Shown: positions 38,743-52,808 of the stretch, in pieces | Layout of the letters: the number at the start of each line of letters is the position of its first letter | Numbering within the stretch: position 1 is the stretch's first letter | From: Octopus vulgaris | Lineage: Eukaryota | Direction of reading: 5' to 3' | Length of the DNA: 64,000 nt | NCBI GenBank assembly: GCA_951406725.2 | Contig: OX597828.1 | Coordinates: 75,144,001-75,208,000, forward strand | The notes under the pieces: model-generated | Databases searched by the model: none | What the model saw: the letters and a program-made list of their open reading frames with translations, nothing else | What the model was told of the DNA's origin: nothing | Program-made: the position numbers and the translations under genes

Positions 38743-40148
38743 TGAATGGTCTACATGTATCCAGCGCGTTGTTCATTTATGTTTTTATTTTGTATACGTT
38801 CCATTGAATGCAGAATGTATAAACATATTCATCCAGTACATAGCTTCTATCATTCATATATCCCAAGCCAGAGTACGGCTTACCCCCCCCCCACCACATG
38901 CATAGATATATATCTGTAGACTTTCCCTTGCATGTGCACACGTTTCTAGGAACTCAAAGAACATATAGACAGCAATAAGAACATATAGACATCTGACAAA
39001 TACACCTGCAAACAGAGAAATGTTTCCAGAAAAAAAAATGATAATTCCATCCACCCAAAACAAGATCCCACTACAGCCAGGTGACATGCACACTACAGAC
39101 ACAAATAACTGATGGTTATTTATTATGCTTAAATTTTTATTTATGTTTGTTTATTTAAAAACGCAACACAACAGAAAACATTTGGCTATAGAAACACGAG
39201 TCATTGAAAACAGATATCTCGACAATATATCTTAAATTTCATAGCTAACATCACTCATGAACAATCTTAAACTCACTCCACCCGCTAACACACATTTTTA
39301 TTTATGTTCTTTGACCACTGGCAAAATAAATACCCAGCACTAATTTAGATAATAGCTTGGCAACGCCAGATGGCCATAATCTGCCAAGCGTTCTTACACA
39401 GATAATTATTTCCTCCAAGAAATGTAACACCACCCCACAACCAAATTCTAAAGAAATACAAACTGCCGAACAAGTACACACTTTTTCCAAAAACAAGAGA
39501 AACAAAATTCTATAAAAAAAGCAGCTGCTTTTTACTCACAAAGCAATCGCCCGAAATCACTCAGCCATGCTAAGTGCTGTTCAATAGGGATATAGCTTAT
39601 AGATGTCCTTACGTTTTCCAATAATTTATTCTTGATAAACTTTCTTTCTTACGTACGCCCACAAGAGAGAAAACCTCATCACCAACTCACCAACAAACCC
39701 TAAACAAACTGATAGCACGTCATTCTTCCGACAATAGCCAGAAATACAAACACTACATTACAACAATAACAAACAACGAATGGAGAGACCATAAAAAAAA
39801 CATCACCCAATCAATAGACACGGGAAGGTAAGCAAGTAAACAAACGCATGCGTTAGATCAAAGGATATAAGTAAACTGGGAATATCGAGTTGTAACAGTT
39901 TTCGCCTGAAGAGATTACAGTGATGTGAAACACGATTTGCAAGACAAAACCCTTAGTTTCGGTTTCATTAAAAGTCCACATTCTCTACAACATCTATTGA
40001 GCGTTCACCTTTCAATTGTTCGATAAAAACCAACGTACACACATACACAAATATATAGAAAGAGGGGGGGATAAAGGAAAGAAAAACTAAATAAATGAGA
40101 AGTATATGATTATATGTTTTCCCTTCTCGGGATCTTTCCTTCTCCTGT

Positions 40149-40183
40149 GTTTCCGACGAAGAGCTCCGCTCGAAACGTTAAAC
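40149..40183 (+). ncRNA. Minimal type I hammerhead-like motif (U4C variant)
   Basis: gttt-CCGACGA-A-gagc/gctc-GAAA-CGTT-aaac inside an element at about 40118-40282 that ends at (TA)n. Confidence 0.6.
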
Positions 40184-40277
40184 CCCCCCTTCCCTTCTTT
40201 CCTGAGCGTCAAATAATACTTTAATTGTTCCACGTCCTCGCGTTGCTGTGTTTTTTTCTGTGTTTTCTTGTTTGGAT

Positions 40278-40335
<58 letters not shown>

Positions 40336-40631
40336 GATGTGTGTATTTTCCCCTTGTTAACAATTAATACGGAAAAAATAGCTAAATAGTTATCAGGGTA
40401 GCAAATATTTTTCCTAGTCTATATGGTTTTATTTAATATACATATAATCATATACTTCTCATTTATTTAGTTTTTCTTTCCTTTATCCCCCCATTCTTTC
40501 TATAGGCTACCTCTGACATTATATCCTGTAACGTTTTTTTTTGAAACAATCTTAATAGCGTTCAGTTAATCACGTTAATGCATATCCATCGTTTTCTGTT
40601 AAAATGTCTTATTGATGAGCTTCATTTCTTC

Positions 40632-40720
40632 ACTTCCCTGAAGAGAAGATTGCATTGTTTAACACCATTTTATTCTTTTGGAATAATACCAGTGATATCT
40701 TCGAAACATGTGTCGGAAGT
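40632..40720 (+). ncRNA. Type I hammerhead ribozyme motif with intact core
   Basis: acttcc-CTGAAGA-gaagat...atcttc-GAAA-C-atgt-GTC-ggaagt: 6 bp stem I, extended stem II, GUC triplet. Confidence 0.85.
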
Positions 40721-40749
40721 AAAATAATTTAAATAACACTAGCCTTTAA

Positions 40750-40838
<89 letters not shown>

Positions 40839-41144
40839 CAGCAAAGGCGATTAAGAGTATATTAAATATAAAGCAAAAATTCTTGATTTATCAAAACGAT
40901 CTCCACTTCCTGGCATTGTACATCAAACGTTTGGTGGCAATTGGGACTAACACCAAGAAGAGAGATTAAAATCATAGTGACTTCTCCGAAATTGATAAGC
41001 CATCGACGAAGAGACATTCTGATTTTCTGAAGACAAGTGAACAGTTGTGGATGCGTGTTTCTGCCTCAACAGACGTCATCAGCGCAGCAATCGTCCTACT
41101 TTATTTCCAGCAGACAGCACGCACTCACCCACTCGCTCGCTCAC

Positions 41145-41180
<36 letters not shown>

Positions 41181-42478
41181 ACATAATGCTGCAGATCTAC
41201 GTCCACCTAGTTCCCCAATTTCGTCTGGTTTAGTCGTGCTTCGGTTTTCAGCTGAATCCCCACGAGTAAGAAAATGACAATTGTGAAAATACTCCTGGGT
41301 TTTGAACTTTAGACATCAAAGCTTCCGAACAAAGTTGTTCTTGAAAATGACAGCAATATATTTTTTATAATAAAAACACTACAAAATGACTATAAAGTGT
41401 ATAAAATTAAAGAATTACAACTTATTTGCTGATTTAAAACATAGCAATTAATGAATGTGTCTACTTTGTCATTTATCATTCGCACAACTGGGATGATTCA
41501 TGGCATTTCAGGCAGTCACTGACAATTCATCTGGGTTTTTTGAAAAGAATATCCAACATTTCGATAACGAAAATGACAAATATCATCTCTGCTGAGTATT
41601 TCCTGAGATGGTACTCTAACATTGTATCAGGCTCTTTCCCATAAGCCATAAAAACAATAACGACAACACACACACACACACACACACACACACATTACAG
41701 GTACCACAACTTATCAAAACTGCTCTACATCTTCTTAGGTTCCTACTGGTTCATTCCAATTTCTATTGGTCAAAGAAGAAGCTGCATTGAACTTGTGGAT
41801 CGTTGCTAGTCTTAGAAAATCTGTCAGAAAATACTATGGAACACGCACACGCGCGCGCACACACACACACACATACAGCAAAAGAGAGATCAAATAAAAT
41901 TTAACGATCTTGACATCAACCTCCATAACAAAAATGCCAATTGCATAAGACATCAATACCGAATCACAGTAATGTTACGCAAGAACCAAAGTTAAATCTA
42001 AGGAATTACAACGAAGTAGTTGTTGAATTATGACACTCAAAGAATATTTCCATCGTCATTTGCAATTGATACAAGGGGAATTGAGAGACATTTCATTTCT
42101 GTACAGATACTGACAAATTACCTCGAAGGATGGCCATTAGTACGTTCCAGAAAAATCTAACATTTGATTTTGTAAATATCGTTCGGGCATTCTCGCACAG
42201 CGTTAGTTAACTTTGAAGAAATTTGTTAACCTTAAACATATTTGCGAAAACTAAACGTTAATTTTAGCTCTATGCGTCCTTGTTAGCGCGAATTCTTCCA
42301 TCCATGTTTTTCACTGAATATTTTTGGTAACCTTAAAAATTCTTTTAATGTCTAACATAGTTATGCGTGTTAGCCAAGATGTAACGAATTCTTGTTTACT
42401 GAAAAAAATCACAACTCTTGATGCATTTCTCAAATCACAAATAATAATAATAATAATAGCAACAACAACAACAACAAC

Positions 42479-42520
<42 letters not shown>

Positions 42521-42929
42521 GCACAAAAGCAGAGAAAATTAAAATTTTATAACGGAAAGGATAATTCTTCAAAAGAATGCGAAGAATATGTCTTCAGTTT
42601 AAGGGTGAGCATGTGATAATGATATTTATTACAGAACATGGAAGATGCGAGCTTCCAAGAGTAGAGAAGAAAATAAACAACCACTTCAGCTACAACATCA
42701 ACTGCAATTACAGCAACAACAATTGCAACATCAATTATAACACACTCATGTCTCCTACATACTGCGCGCACACACATAGATACAATCTACACCCATATGA
42801 GTGTATACACACACATACACATACATATATATATAGGCGCACATAGATACATATATACTAAATGCATATATCCTCTGTGTGTGTGTGTTTGTGTGTGTCT
42901 ATATATATATGTATGTATGTAAGTGTGTG

Positions 42930-43155
42930 TGAGGCGTAATGGTCCAGTGGTTAGGGCAGTGGGACGCGGTCGTATGAACGTAGTTTCGATTCCCAGACTA
43001 GGCGTTTTGAGTGTGAGCGAAAACACCTAAATCTCCACGAGGCTCCAGCAGGAAGTGGTGGAGTGCTCGGCCACTTCCACGTTAATTTCACGAGCAGACT
43101 GTTCCGTTGATCGGATCAACTGAAATGCTCGTCGTCGTAACCGACGGAGTGCCAC
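42930..43155 (+). mobile_element. tRNA-derived SINE family C (shorter variant)
   Basis: tggtccagtggttaggg...gtttcgattcccagac...gagcgaaaacacctaaa, as at 14900. Confidence 0.8.
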
Positions 43156-43207
43156 GATATGTTACACATACGTATATACACACAATTATATATATTAATA
43201 TATATAC

Positions 43208-43296
<89 letters not shown>

Positions 43297-43555
43297 CTAA
43301 AAAACTATAAAGATCGTTGCTCTGAGTTTCTAGTAACCGATTTTGAGATGATGAAAAATGTACGATGGAACTTTGTGTGTATTAATCAGGGAGTGAAAAT
43401 ATATACGAATATCATAGCAAATGCTGATTGGCTGATATGGAATAAGACAGACAGCGATAGGAGCGTTGCTTGAAAGGTAGGTGGGTGATAAGAATAAGTA
43501 GTATATATATACGTAAACATTATAAAAATTATATATAGGTTGATGTTTGCGTGAC

Positions 43556-43619
<64 letters not shown>

Positions 43620-44750
43620 ACATGCCAAACTGTATAAAAGGAATAATTCTTTTGTGTATTTTGTTGCTCCGATCATTGGGAGGCACACAATGTCGAGGTA
43701 GGTTCTTTGAGGTATACCTGTAGAAATCTTACATCGCCGATCATAATTATAACCTTAAAATTATAATTAAACAGATTGCTGCAACAATTTGTAGAAAAAA
43801 GACCATCTCCCTAAAAGTAGATAAACCGAGGATTAACTAATAATCTTCAAATGATTATATTCGATTTCTTTAAGCTCAAAATGAATAGGGAGAGGTTTGT
43901 AGAAAGTTTTCTGTTTGGGTTATCAAAAATGAATATGTTGATAAAAAAAAACAACATGCATTAAAAGAATTCTATACGTCATCGGTATAATTTCTGGTAT
44001 TGTAATCATTGTTGCGTTGGAGTTTAACACAACAACGTAATAATCGTTAAGGAGGCAACAGCCAAGGGAAGAGGCGATTGTTGTTGCTGTGAGAAAGGTC
44101 TTACATTAATGGTGTTTCTGTTAAAAGTCAATCACTTATATCACAGATTTCAACAATGCGGGATGTTTTTCTTTCGCTGGTTTGTACATATGTGCTTACA
44201 CACACGCATATACATACACACATATATATACAGATGCTCAATGGTAACATAGTCGCTTGGCAAAGGATACATAAAAGATTTGGATCCCGGCAAGGAAGCG
44301 TCTCTCTTTTTGGGCGCATAAATTGCTCCGTTTAAGCAATTCGCGTTGTAAAAACCTGCTTCGAGTATCTTCATAGGCTGACGATTACTATGATATTTTA
44401 CTCTCGCCTCAGACTGACTAACGTCTGTGTATGCTTCTGTGGGTTAAGCGTATGGGAGCGTGTGTGATATGGGAGAGTGTGTGTGGCATGTATGTGTGCG
44501 TGGGCACGAGTACGTTGGAGCGTGTGTGTGTGTGTAAGTGTATATATCGGATTAAATAGCTACATGAAAAAAAAAAAAACCCAGCAAAAGTTTGATATTG
44601 CGTTATATCTCTTTAATCTAAAACAGAACTTGGCCATTCGATAAATGGAATCGATAGCCTTTCGATAAAATCAACAAAAAACCTTTGAAGACAGCGCACC
44701 ATCATGTCCGGTAGTCTAAAGACCAAAACAATTAACGAATACAAAGAATA

Positions 44751-44753
<3 letters not shown>

Positions 44754-44804
<51 letters not shown>

Positions 44805-44830
44805 CTTTATATATATTGAATTTGTATATA

Positions 44831-44877
<47 letters not shown>

Positions 44878-44903
44878 CTTTATATATATTGAATTTGTAT
44901 ATA

Positions 44904-44934
<31 letters not shown>

Positions 44935-45114
44935 TCTTTATATATATTGAATTACTATTTAAGCACTATAAAATATATCCACTGAATTTAAGAGCCTAGT
45001 TATTATCATATCGTTAAATTCCAATAAATTATTACAATGTGTGTGTATATATATATTTATATATATATGTATATATATATTTATATATGTATATATACAC
45101 ATACATGCATACAT

Positions 45115-45147
<33 letters not shown>

Positions 45148-45179
45148 TTATATATGTATATATACACATACATGCATAC

Positions 45180-45214
<35 letters not shown>

Positions 45215-45499
45215 TAGATATGTATATCTTCATATACATATACACATGCATATATAAATATATTCATATATATATACGCTTATATACAAATATATATTTA
45301 TATACTTATAGAAATAAATTCATATATACGCTTATATACATATATATTTATATACTTATAGAAATAAATTCATATATATATATATATATATGTTACATGC
45401 ACATATATGTATACATATATATATGTATGCGTATATATTTATGAATTTATAAGTGACTATATGTATATGAATATATATGTATATATGCCTGTGTATATG

Positions 45500-45537
<38 letters not shown>

Positions 45538-45560
45538 CACACATGTTTATATATAAATTC
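44754..45560. repeat. (TA)n field with higher-order duplications
   Basis: ttctttatatatattgaatt occurs three times (44802-44954); tatacttatagaaataaattcatata occurs twice. Confidence 0.85.
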
Positions 45561-46864
45561 ATATATATTAGAATTATGGAAATAACTGTCAATTTTTATT
45601 ACTAAAAGTTTCAAAGGTACTCAAAGTGATTAAGAACTACTTGCCGGGTACAGTTGACACATACCCCTCGTGTTGCTCAAGAAAGCGGTTTGTTTGGACT
45701 GAAATGGAGTTGCTTATGCTTGTGTTTGTGATTTGAACCTTTTTCATCGAAAAAATTGTTTCCTCTAATGTTAAAAAATTTGAACCACATACTGTTGTAA
45801 AGGAACAACCATTTGTGAATTAATCCAAATGCGCTAATTCACTTGAGCGTAGACCTGGTGACTTACGTTGAATATAATTGAAAGATTTCTTTAGAAATAT
45901 TAAAAGTTTAAAGGGAAAAGTGGGGCTTATATAAAGTGCATAAGTCCCAGTTCTTCAAAGAGAGAAGGAAAGAGAAAAAAATAAATGTATCATAGAAAGT
46001 AAAAAAGATTACCAATAAAAAAAAAATTCTGCACATCAAAAAGTGACTAGTAATACAAGAGACTCACTTGAACAAATATATATCTAAATGCCAATTTTAG
46101 AGGAATTTACTCAAAGTAAACATGGTGATAAGTTCATATGACATAACTGAACACAACCACTTTGAATGAGGCTGTTTATTTAGGAGATCTCAGTAACGAT
46201 GTATTTTGAACTTATTTTTTGTAAATTTTGTTCCATTTTCTCAATTTTTTTCTTTGATCTATTTATCTTCAATCTTTTTGAACTGAGACTCATAGCAAAT
46301 TGTAACCTATGCATTATATATATATAATTTACAAGTTTTTTAAAAAGGGAATTTTAAATGTATATTCAGTGATCATCAGTAGGTCAACTATCAAGGGAGT
46401 TAAAAGCTTTTCAGTTTATCCGTAAATGACGTTCCTAAACCACATTTTGCATTTAAAGAATAAAACAAACAGAAGTGGAAAATTTCCATTTCCCCCGAGA
46501 AGGGTCATTGCACAAACGGATTTGTTTCCAAAACGATCATCTGTTGAGTTGGGTACCACAGACGACACGACGATAAGTACTCAATCAGTAACCATTAGTA
46601 ACATAGAGAGAGACAAGTTTCTATCGTAATAAATAAACTAACTCTGTATTCATTATTTTGAGTACTTGTCAATTTGACATATGAATCATGCTTCATTACC
46701 AACATAAACATTTATTGTCGAAGCATCAAATGATTCGACTACTGAAGCTAAAATAAATTGTAATTTTGAATTCTTTGCAGTTTTAATAAATATTTGTATT
46801 ATTGAGAATTGAGTTTGTTGTACCCGTTGTGGTTTATAGTTTAGTACAATAATCCGTTGTGGTT

Positions 46865-46911
<47 letters not shown>

Positions 46912-47506
46912 AAACATTGTTAATCTTAAATGCACACTCGTATATGTATATCTACATAAATCTATATACACATGTGTGTGTGTGTGTAAGTATCTCTGTG
47001 TGTATGTATTATATATGTAATATATATTTTTAAGTATAAAATTTGTGTACTTTAAATAAATAAGAATCGGATTTATTTCCAGATTTTTGTTAGAACTCAA
47101 ATTAAATTATTAAAAAGAATTGTTTTACGAGAAATATTTCTGGATATTATACAAATTTGATTTCTTCGTTTTCCTTGTTTTTTTAGAGTTATTTATTTAG
47201 TTTGGTTAATCGATCAACTGACTGATTTATTTGAATTGTTGGTGTTTTTTTTCTGTTTATTGGTGGCAAAAAGAAAACAAAAACTAACAACAATAACAAT
47301 TACAACAAAAATTCCTCCACAAAACGCAACGAAACCAAAACGATATATTCAATAATATTTATCAAAATTTATCAAACTAAAAAAAAAGAACAAAAACAAC
47401 AAAAAAGAAAAACAAACAAACGAAAACAAATTGGTACTCCTTTATACTCCGCACATGGCATCGGCAAAGGAGTTAAGACAATAGATTTTTTTAATAAATG
47501 GGATAG

Positions 47507-47539
<33 letters not shown>

Positions 47540-48232
47540 ATTATTAAAATTATTATTATCATTACTTTTATCTTCATCGATATGATCATAATTATGATTA
47601 ATATTATGATATTTGTTATAAATTTTATTTTTATCTTCATTATTTTAATGATTACTTTTATCATTATTGTTATTATTACTGTTATCGTTATTATTATTGT
47701 TATTGTTATTATAATTATTATTTCAAGCAAGATGAGAAAGTCTGAGGATGTAGAATGACTCACTTATTCCAGAACTGTCGGCAGGAATAAAAGAAAGAGC
47801 ATAAGTTATTGGAGAATTCGGCACAGGTAAATTGGCTTAAAAAAAATCATTAAAAAATAAAATTTATATTGTTTCGATATATATATGCATATACATATAT
47901 ATATATATATATATGCATATATATATATATATGCATATATATATGCATATATATATGCATATATATATGCATATATATATATGCATATATATATATGAAT
48001 ATATATATATGCACATAGTATATATACATGTATATTTATGCACACATACATGCATATATATACAGACACACACACGCACACACACATGTATAGGTGCATG
48101 CATAGGTATACATATGCATGTATATGCATATTTACATATATGCATATAAGTATACGCATGTATATAGATATACATATATGTATATGCATGAATATATATT
48201 TATGTATATGTATGCGTGTATATATAAGCATG

Positions 48233-48264
<32 letters not shown>

Positions 48265-48632
48265 TGTATATATATATATACTTTCGTACTTAAACAAAGA
48301 AGTGGTCAATATACACCTATGTTGGATATGTGTTGAGTATTAAAACTGTATAAAAGTAAAGCAGATTATTTCACCATACAGACAATGTGCCGTTGATTTT
48401 GCATTCAACCATACACAGTGAATTTCAAATAATCTTATTGTCGACTGACTGCAGAATTCGGTCCACTTTGAATTCAATCGAGCGAAAATTTTGGTATGGA
48501 GAAGTAACCCTGAATACAGACATACAATCATATACACTCACTCTCACATGTATGGACACACACACACATTTCATATATATATTTCTATACACATACATAT
48601 ATGCATATATTTATATGTATAAATATATTTAC

Positions 48633-48674
<42 letters not shown>

Positions 48675-49116
48675 ATATACATGTATATGCATACATATGT
48701 TTATATATACATGTATATGCATATATATGTATTTATATACAAATATATACATATACAGGCATATGTATATTTTTACATATACCTGCATATATACATATAT
48801 ACATGCATATATATATATATGTATATATACGCATATATACACATACATATATGTGCATATATGCATACACACACACACATATATAAGCATAAATATGGAC
48901 ACACACACACATATATGTATATACACATGTAATACTAAACATATATAACACAGACACATTTACATATGTTCATATGAACATGCATACATGCACACAAAAA
49001 TATTTTATGAAACACGTTCGTATTTTCGATACAAAATATGTAAAAGAAAGGCTGCTTGCCACACAGACGCACACACACACACAAACGTCCACAGACATAC
49101 ACACACAGAGACGCAC

Positions 49117-49216
<100 letters not shown>

Positions 49217-49223
49217 TATATAC

Positions 49224-49254
<31 letters not shown>

Positions 49255-49473
49255 AATGCAATTTGAATGAATGATTTCAATTTAATCTTTGTGTGTTCTG
49301 AGATAGAAGTTTTCGGTTTGTTATCTAAAAAATGTTGACCCCATTTGAAGGTAGATTTTGATGCATTTTCCTGCCTTTAATTGGTCTGTTGTGTATCTTT
49401 GATTTCTGAAAGATCAGCTTTGGAAAATTTCTATTTTTTAACTATCTGGGGGCAAAATAATGAAAGATTATGC

Positions 49474-49533
<60 letters not shown>

Positions 49534-50138
49534 TGTATTTATGTATGTATGTGTAGTAAATGCATAATCGTATATATTAATATAATATATATATATTATA
49601 TAAATAAATAGGTAGATGGATAGAAAACTGTACTTAAAGCTTTTATATATTATATATTTTATGTACGTGGTTGTGTGAGTGTGTCGAGTAGGTATATGAC
49701 TAATCGCGAGTATAGTATTCATGCAATTGCTATATATACATTAATATACGCATATGGAGGTAACAAGATATATATATTTATCTACGATATTATTGTGTAT
49801 AACTTTACATATATGTACGCATGTGTGTATCTATGGATGTATTCTTATAAACGCAAATAGGGAAACGTATCGATTTCTTTGTCCACGTTCATATGCGAAT
49901 TTATTCCTTCCATTCCAACAGCGATTGCGTGTCAGAATTATGTATGTATGTATGTATGTATGTGTGCACGCATATATGTGTGTTATATGCGCATACACAT
50001 ACGCGTGTATACATGTACATATATATATATATATACACACACCTACATGCATACATATATTTATCTATAAGTGACAAATATATGTACACTATACATATAA
50101 AATTTGTGAATATGTATGTGTATATGCATATATATATA

Positions 50139-50173
<35 letters not shown>

Positions 50174-50869
50174 ACTCAATAATTGAGATAGTTAATAACT
50201 GATCTGTGTAATCTTGTGGCAAAATAAAAAAATAAATGAAAATATTCAATAAAATAGAAGTTCCATTTCTTTGTGTTTTTAGTAAGAAAAGTTTAAAAGG
50301 CGAAATATTTCCTGGCAAAACAACAACTTCTGAACAAAAGTGGAAGACTCTGAGATTTCTAAATATAGTGGTGGTTGCGATAAGTGTTGAATGGTGCGAA
50401 CGATGGGAAGGGAAGAGCAGTCGAAGAAATTGTGATGTTTGTAAGCATTTACAGAATATTAGAAATAGCATGTAAATTGTTCTTATTGTGCTTAGGAATC
50501 GAAATTCAGGCTCAGGTTAATTTTGAATAAGAGAAGATAACTGGACAACGTCACTACGGCATTCTGGAAATATTCTTCGAAACAATTGAGGTCAAAATCG
50601 AGGTCAAAATGAGGGAAGAACCTGGAAGAAGTCTTAAGTATCTGGTGCTATCAGTTGCTGGAATATAAGCATCACACTTTATTCCACGGTGCTGATCAGG
50701 TGAAGTGGCGATAAAATGGTTAAATTCCAGAATGCGCTGAATCTGTTTTAGGTTTTTGACGTAACAACTTAAATTTTCCATCTTGAACAAGTGCGTATGC
50801 TCACAACATTAATAATTTTTCTTTTGGGTGCAGCGAATGCATCATCATCATCATCATTATTATTATCGG

Positions 50870-51104
50870 TGGGTTGGCATGGCAGAGTCGTTAGCAAATC
50901 AGATAAAATGCTCAACGGCATTTATTTAAAACGGGGTGAGCTGGCAGAATGGTTAGCACGCCGAGCCAAATGCTCTGCAGCATTTCATCTGTCTTTATGT
51001 TCCGAGTTCAAATGCTGCCGGGGTCGACTGCCTTTCATCCTTTGAGCACTGAGGTCGATGTAATCGGCTTACTCCTTACCCCCAAATTGCTGGCCTTGTG
51101 CCAA

Positions 51105-51152
<48 letters not shown>

Positions 51153-51390
51153 TATTATTATTATTATTATTACTTAAGGCGGCGAGCTGGCAGGATCGTT
51201 AGCATGCTGGATGAAATGCTTAGCAGTATTTCGTCTGCTGCTACGTTCTGAGTTCAAATTCCGCCGAGGTCAACTTTGTCCTTCATCCTTTCGGGGTCGA
51301 TAAATTAAGTACCAGTGAAACACTGGGGTCGATGTAATCAATTAATCTCCTCCCTCCCCCAAATTTCAGGCCTTTAGTGGAAAGGATTAT
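50870..51390 (+). mobile_element. SINE family A cluster (partial head, deleted copy, full copy)
   Basis: gagctggcag heads at about 50938 and 51185; core and (AAT)/(ATT) junction. Confidence 0.85.
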
Positions 51391-51774
51391 TCTTAATCTT
51401 CCTACTGTTGTTGCTGTAGCATGGGTGTAGCAGAAAGGTAGCTTACCAAAGTGAATGCCTTATAAGTATTTAATTTTCATCCTTCAAGCTTTCTCAGCAA
51501 AAATCCTGCTATCTTCCACTAAGCTCTCCGCTCCGTCCAAACTCAATGGGAAACTGACTTGTAATGTCGAATCCGGCTTCTTTCTTTCTCTGTCAAAGTC
51601 ATTCCATTTCTTTGTGTCTTGGTGGTTGTTGTTAAACCCCAAAAGATATATGAAGGAACAAATCTATGGCACCAAAGGTATTTCAAAGATAACAGGTAGC
51701 ACTACCATTCCTATTTCATGAACCAAAAAGCAAACTTCATCTAAACAACTTTATTCTTACTCAAGCACTTACAG

Positions 51775-52022
51775 TAGCGATTCTCAACCATTTTTGCCTA
51801 AGGACCTCTTTTATTCCGACTTTATTCTATTGGACCCCATAGCTATTCAAACCTTTAAAAAAATCTTATATTTAATTAGGAACTGTATAAAAAAATTGTT
51901 AAAAGATTTTGTGTATTGTAGGAGTATAACTAATTTAGTGCACATAAGTTTTCGCATCAAGCTCTTATACGCCCCCCACACACACACCAAAGGGCCATAT
52001 GGAGTCCTGTTGAGAACCACTG
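51775..52022. mobile_element. hAT/Charlie-type MITE
   Basis: TIRs tagcgattctcaac / gttgagaaccactg; 8 bp TSD acttacag / aattacag (7 of 8 match). Confidence 0.88.
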
Positions 52023-52677
52023 AATTACAGCGTGGAAGGGTTTTCAAAAGTACACACAAACTTAACTTTTACTTAAGCATTCATGATTTGATGTCAAACT
52101 TTTGCGATTGGGTTATTGATACGGTTCTAAATAATAAAGTTTTAAGTGAAGTTGACAGTCTCTTCGTAACAAGCGCCTTCCACGTTGTAATTGGTTTCGT
52201 TTCAACACACGGTATCATGGCAGACAAGCATATCTCTTTTATTCATACAGTTTTAAGAATTTAATAAAGGTTTCGAGGAAGAATTGGCTGTTATTTCTTC
52301 CTTCAAATAATTCCCATATTTCGATAATGGTTACAGTAATTTTCACTGGTACATTCTTCTTATTTAACAGGTTCTCCACTCACTTTTATGAATTTCTCCG
52401 CAAAAATTATATTTTGCATCAATGACTTCATTTGCTTTGAGAGTTTTATCACAAATGTTTTCTCTCTCTCTCTTTTTTTTTTACTTATTAATTTTATTTT
52501 TCCATTCACCTGCTGAATGAAATTTCTGATTTTCATTTATATATTATTTTCTTATATTTATTTATATTTTTTTTTATTTTCCTTTCATTTGCGATTCGTG
52601 TTCATCCATAATTTTACGCTTTTGTGTAGTGTTTGCTATTTTATTGAGATTGTTTTTTCATCTCATAGTGTTTATAC

Positions 52678-52729
<52 letters not shown>

Positions 52730-52767
52730 ATGTACACATACGCACATACATACATACATACATACAC

Positions 52768-52808
<41 letters not shown>

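Noticed and set aside
39906-39945. CTGAAGA...GAAAC motif
   Set aside because: No credible stem II or stem I
41052-41087. Minus-strand CTGATGA...GAAAC hammerhead-like motif
   Set aside because: The base of stem II is mismatched and there is no NUH triplet before the stem I partner
50588-50614. Two AGGTCA nuclear-receptor half-sites
   Set aside because: Explained by a 12 bp tandem duplication; no other support
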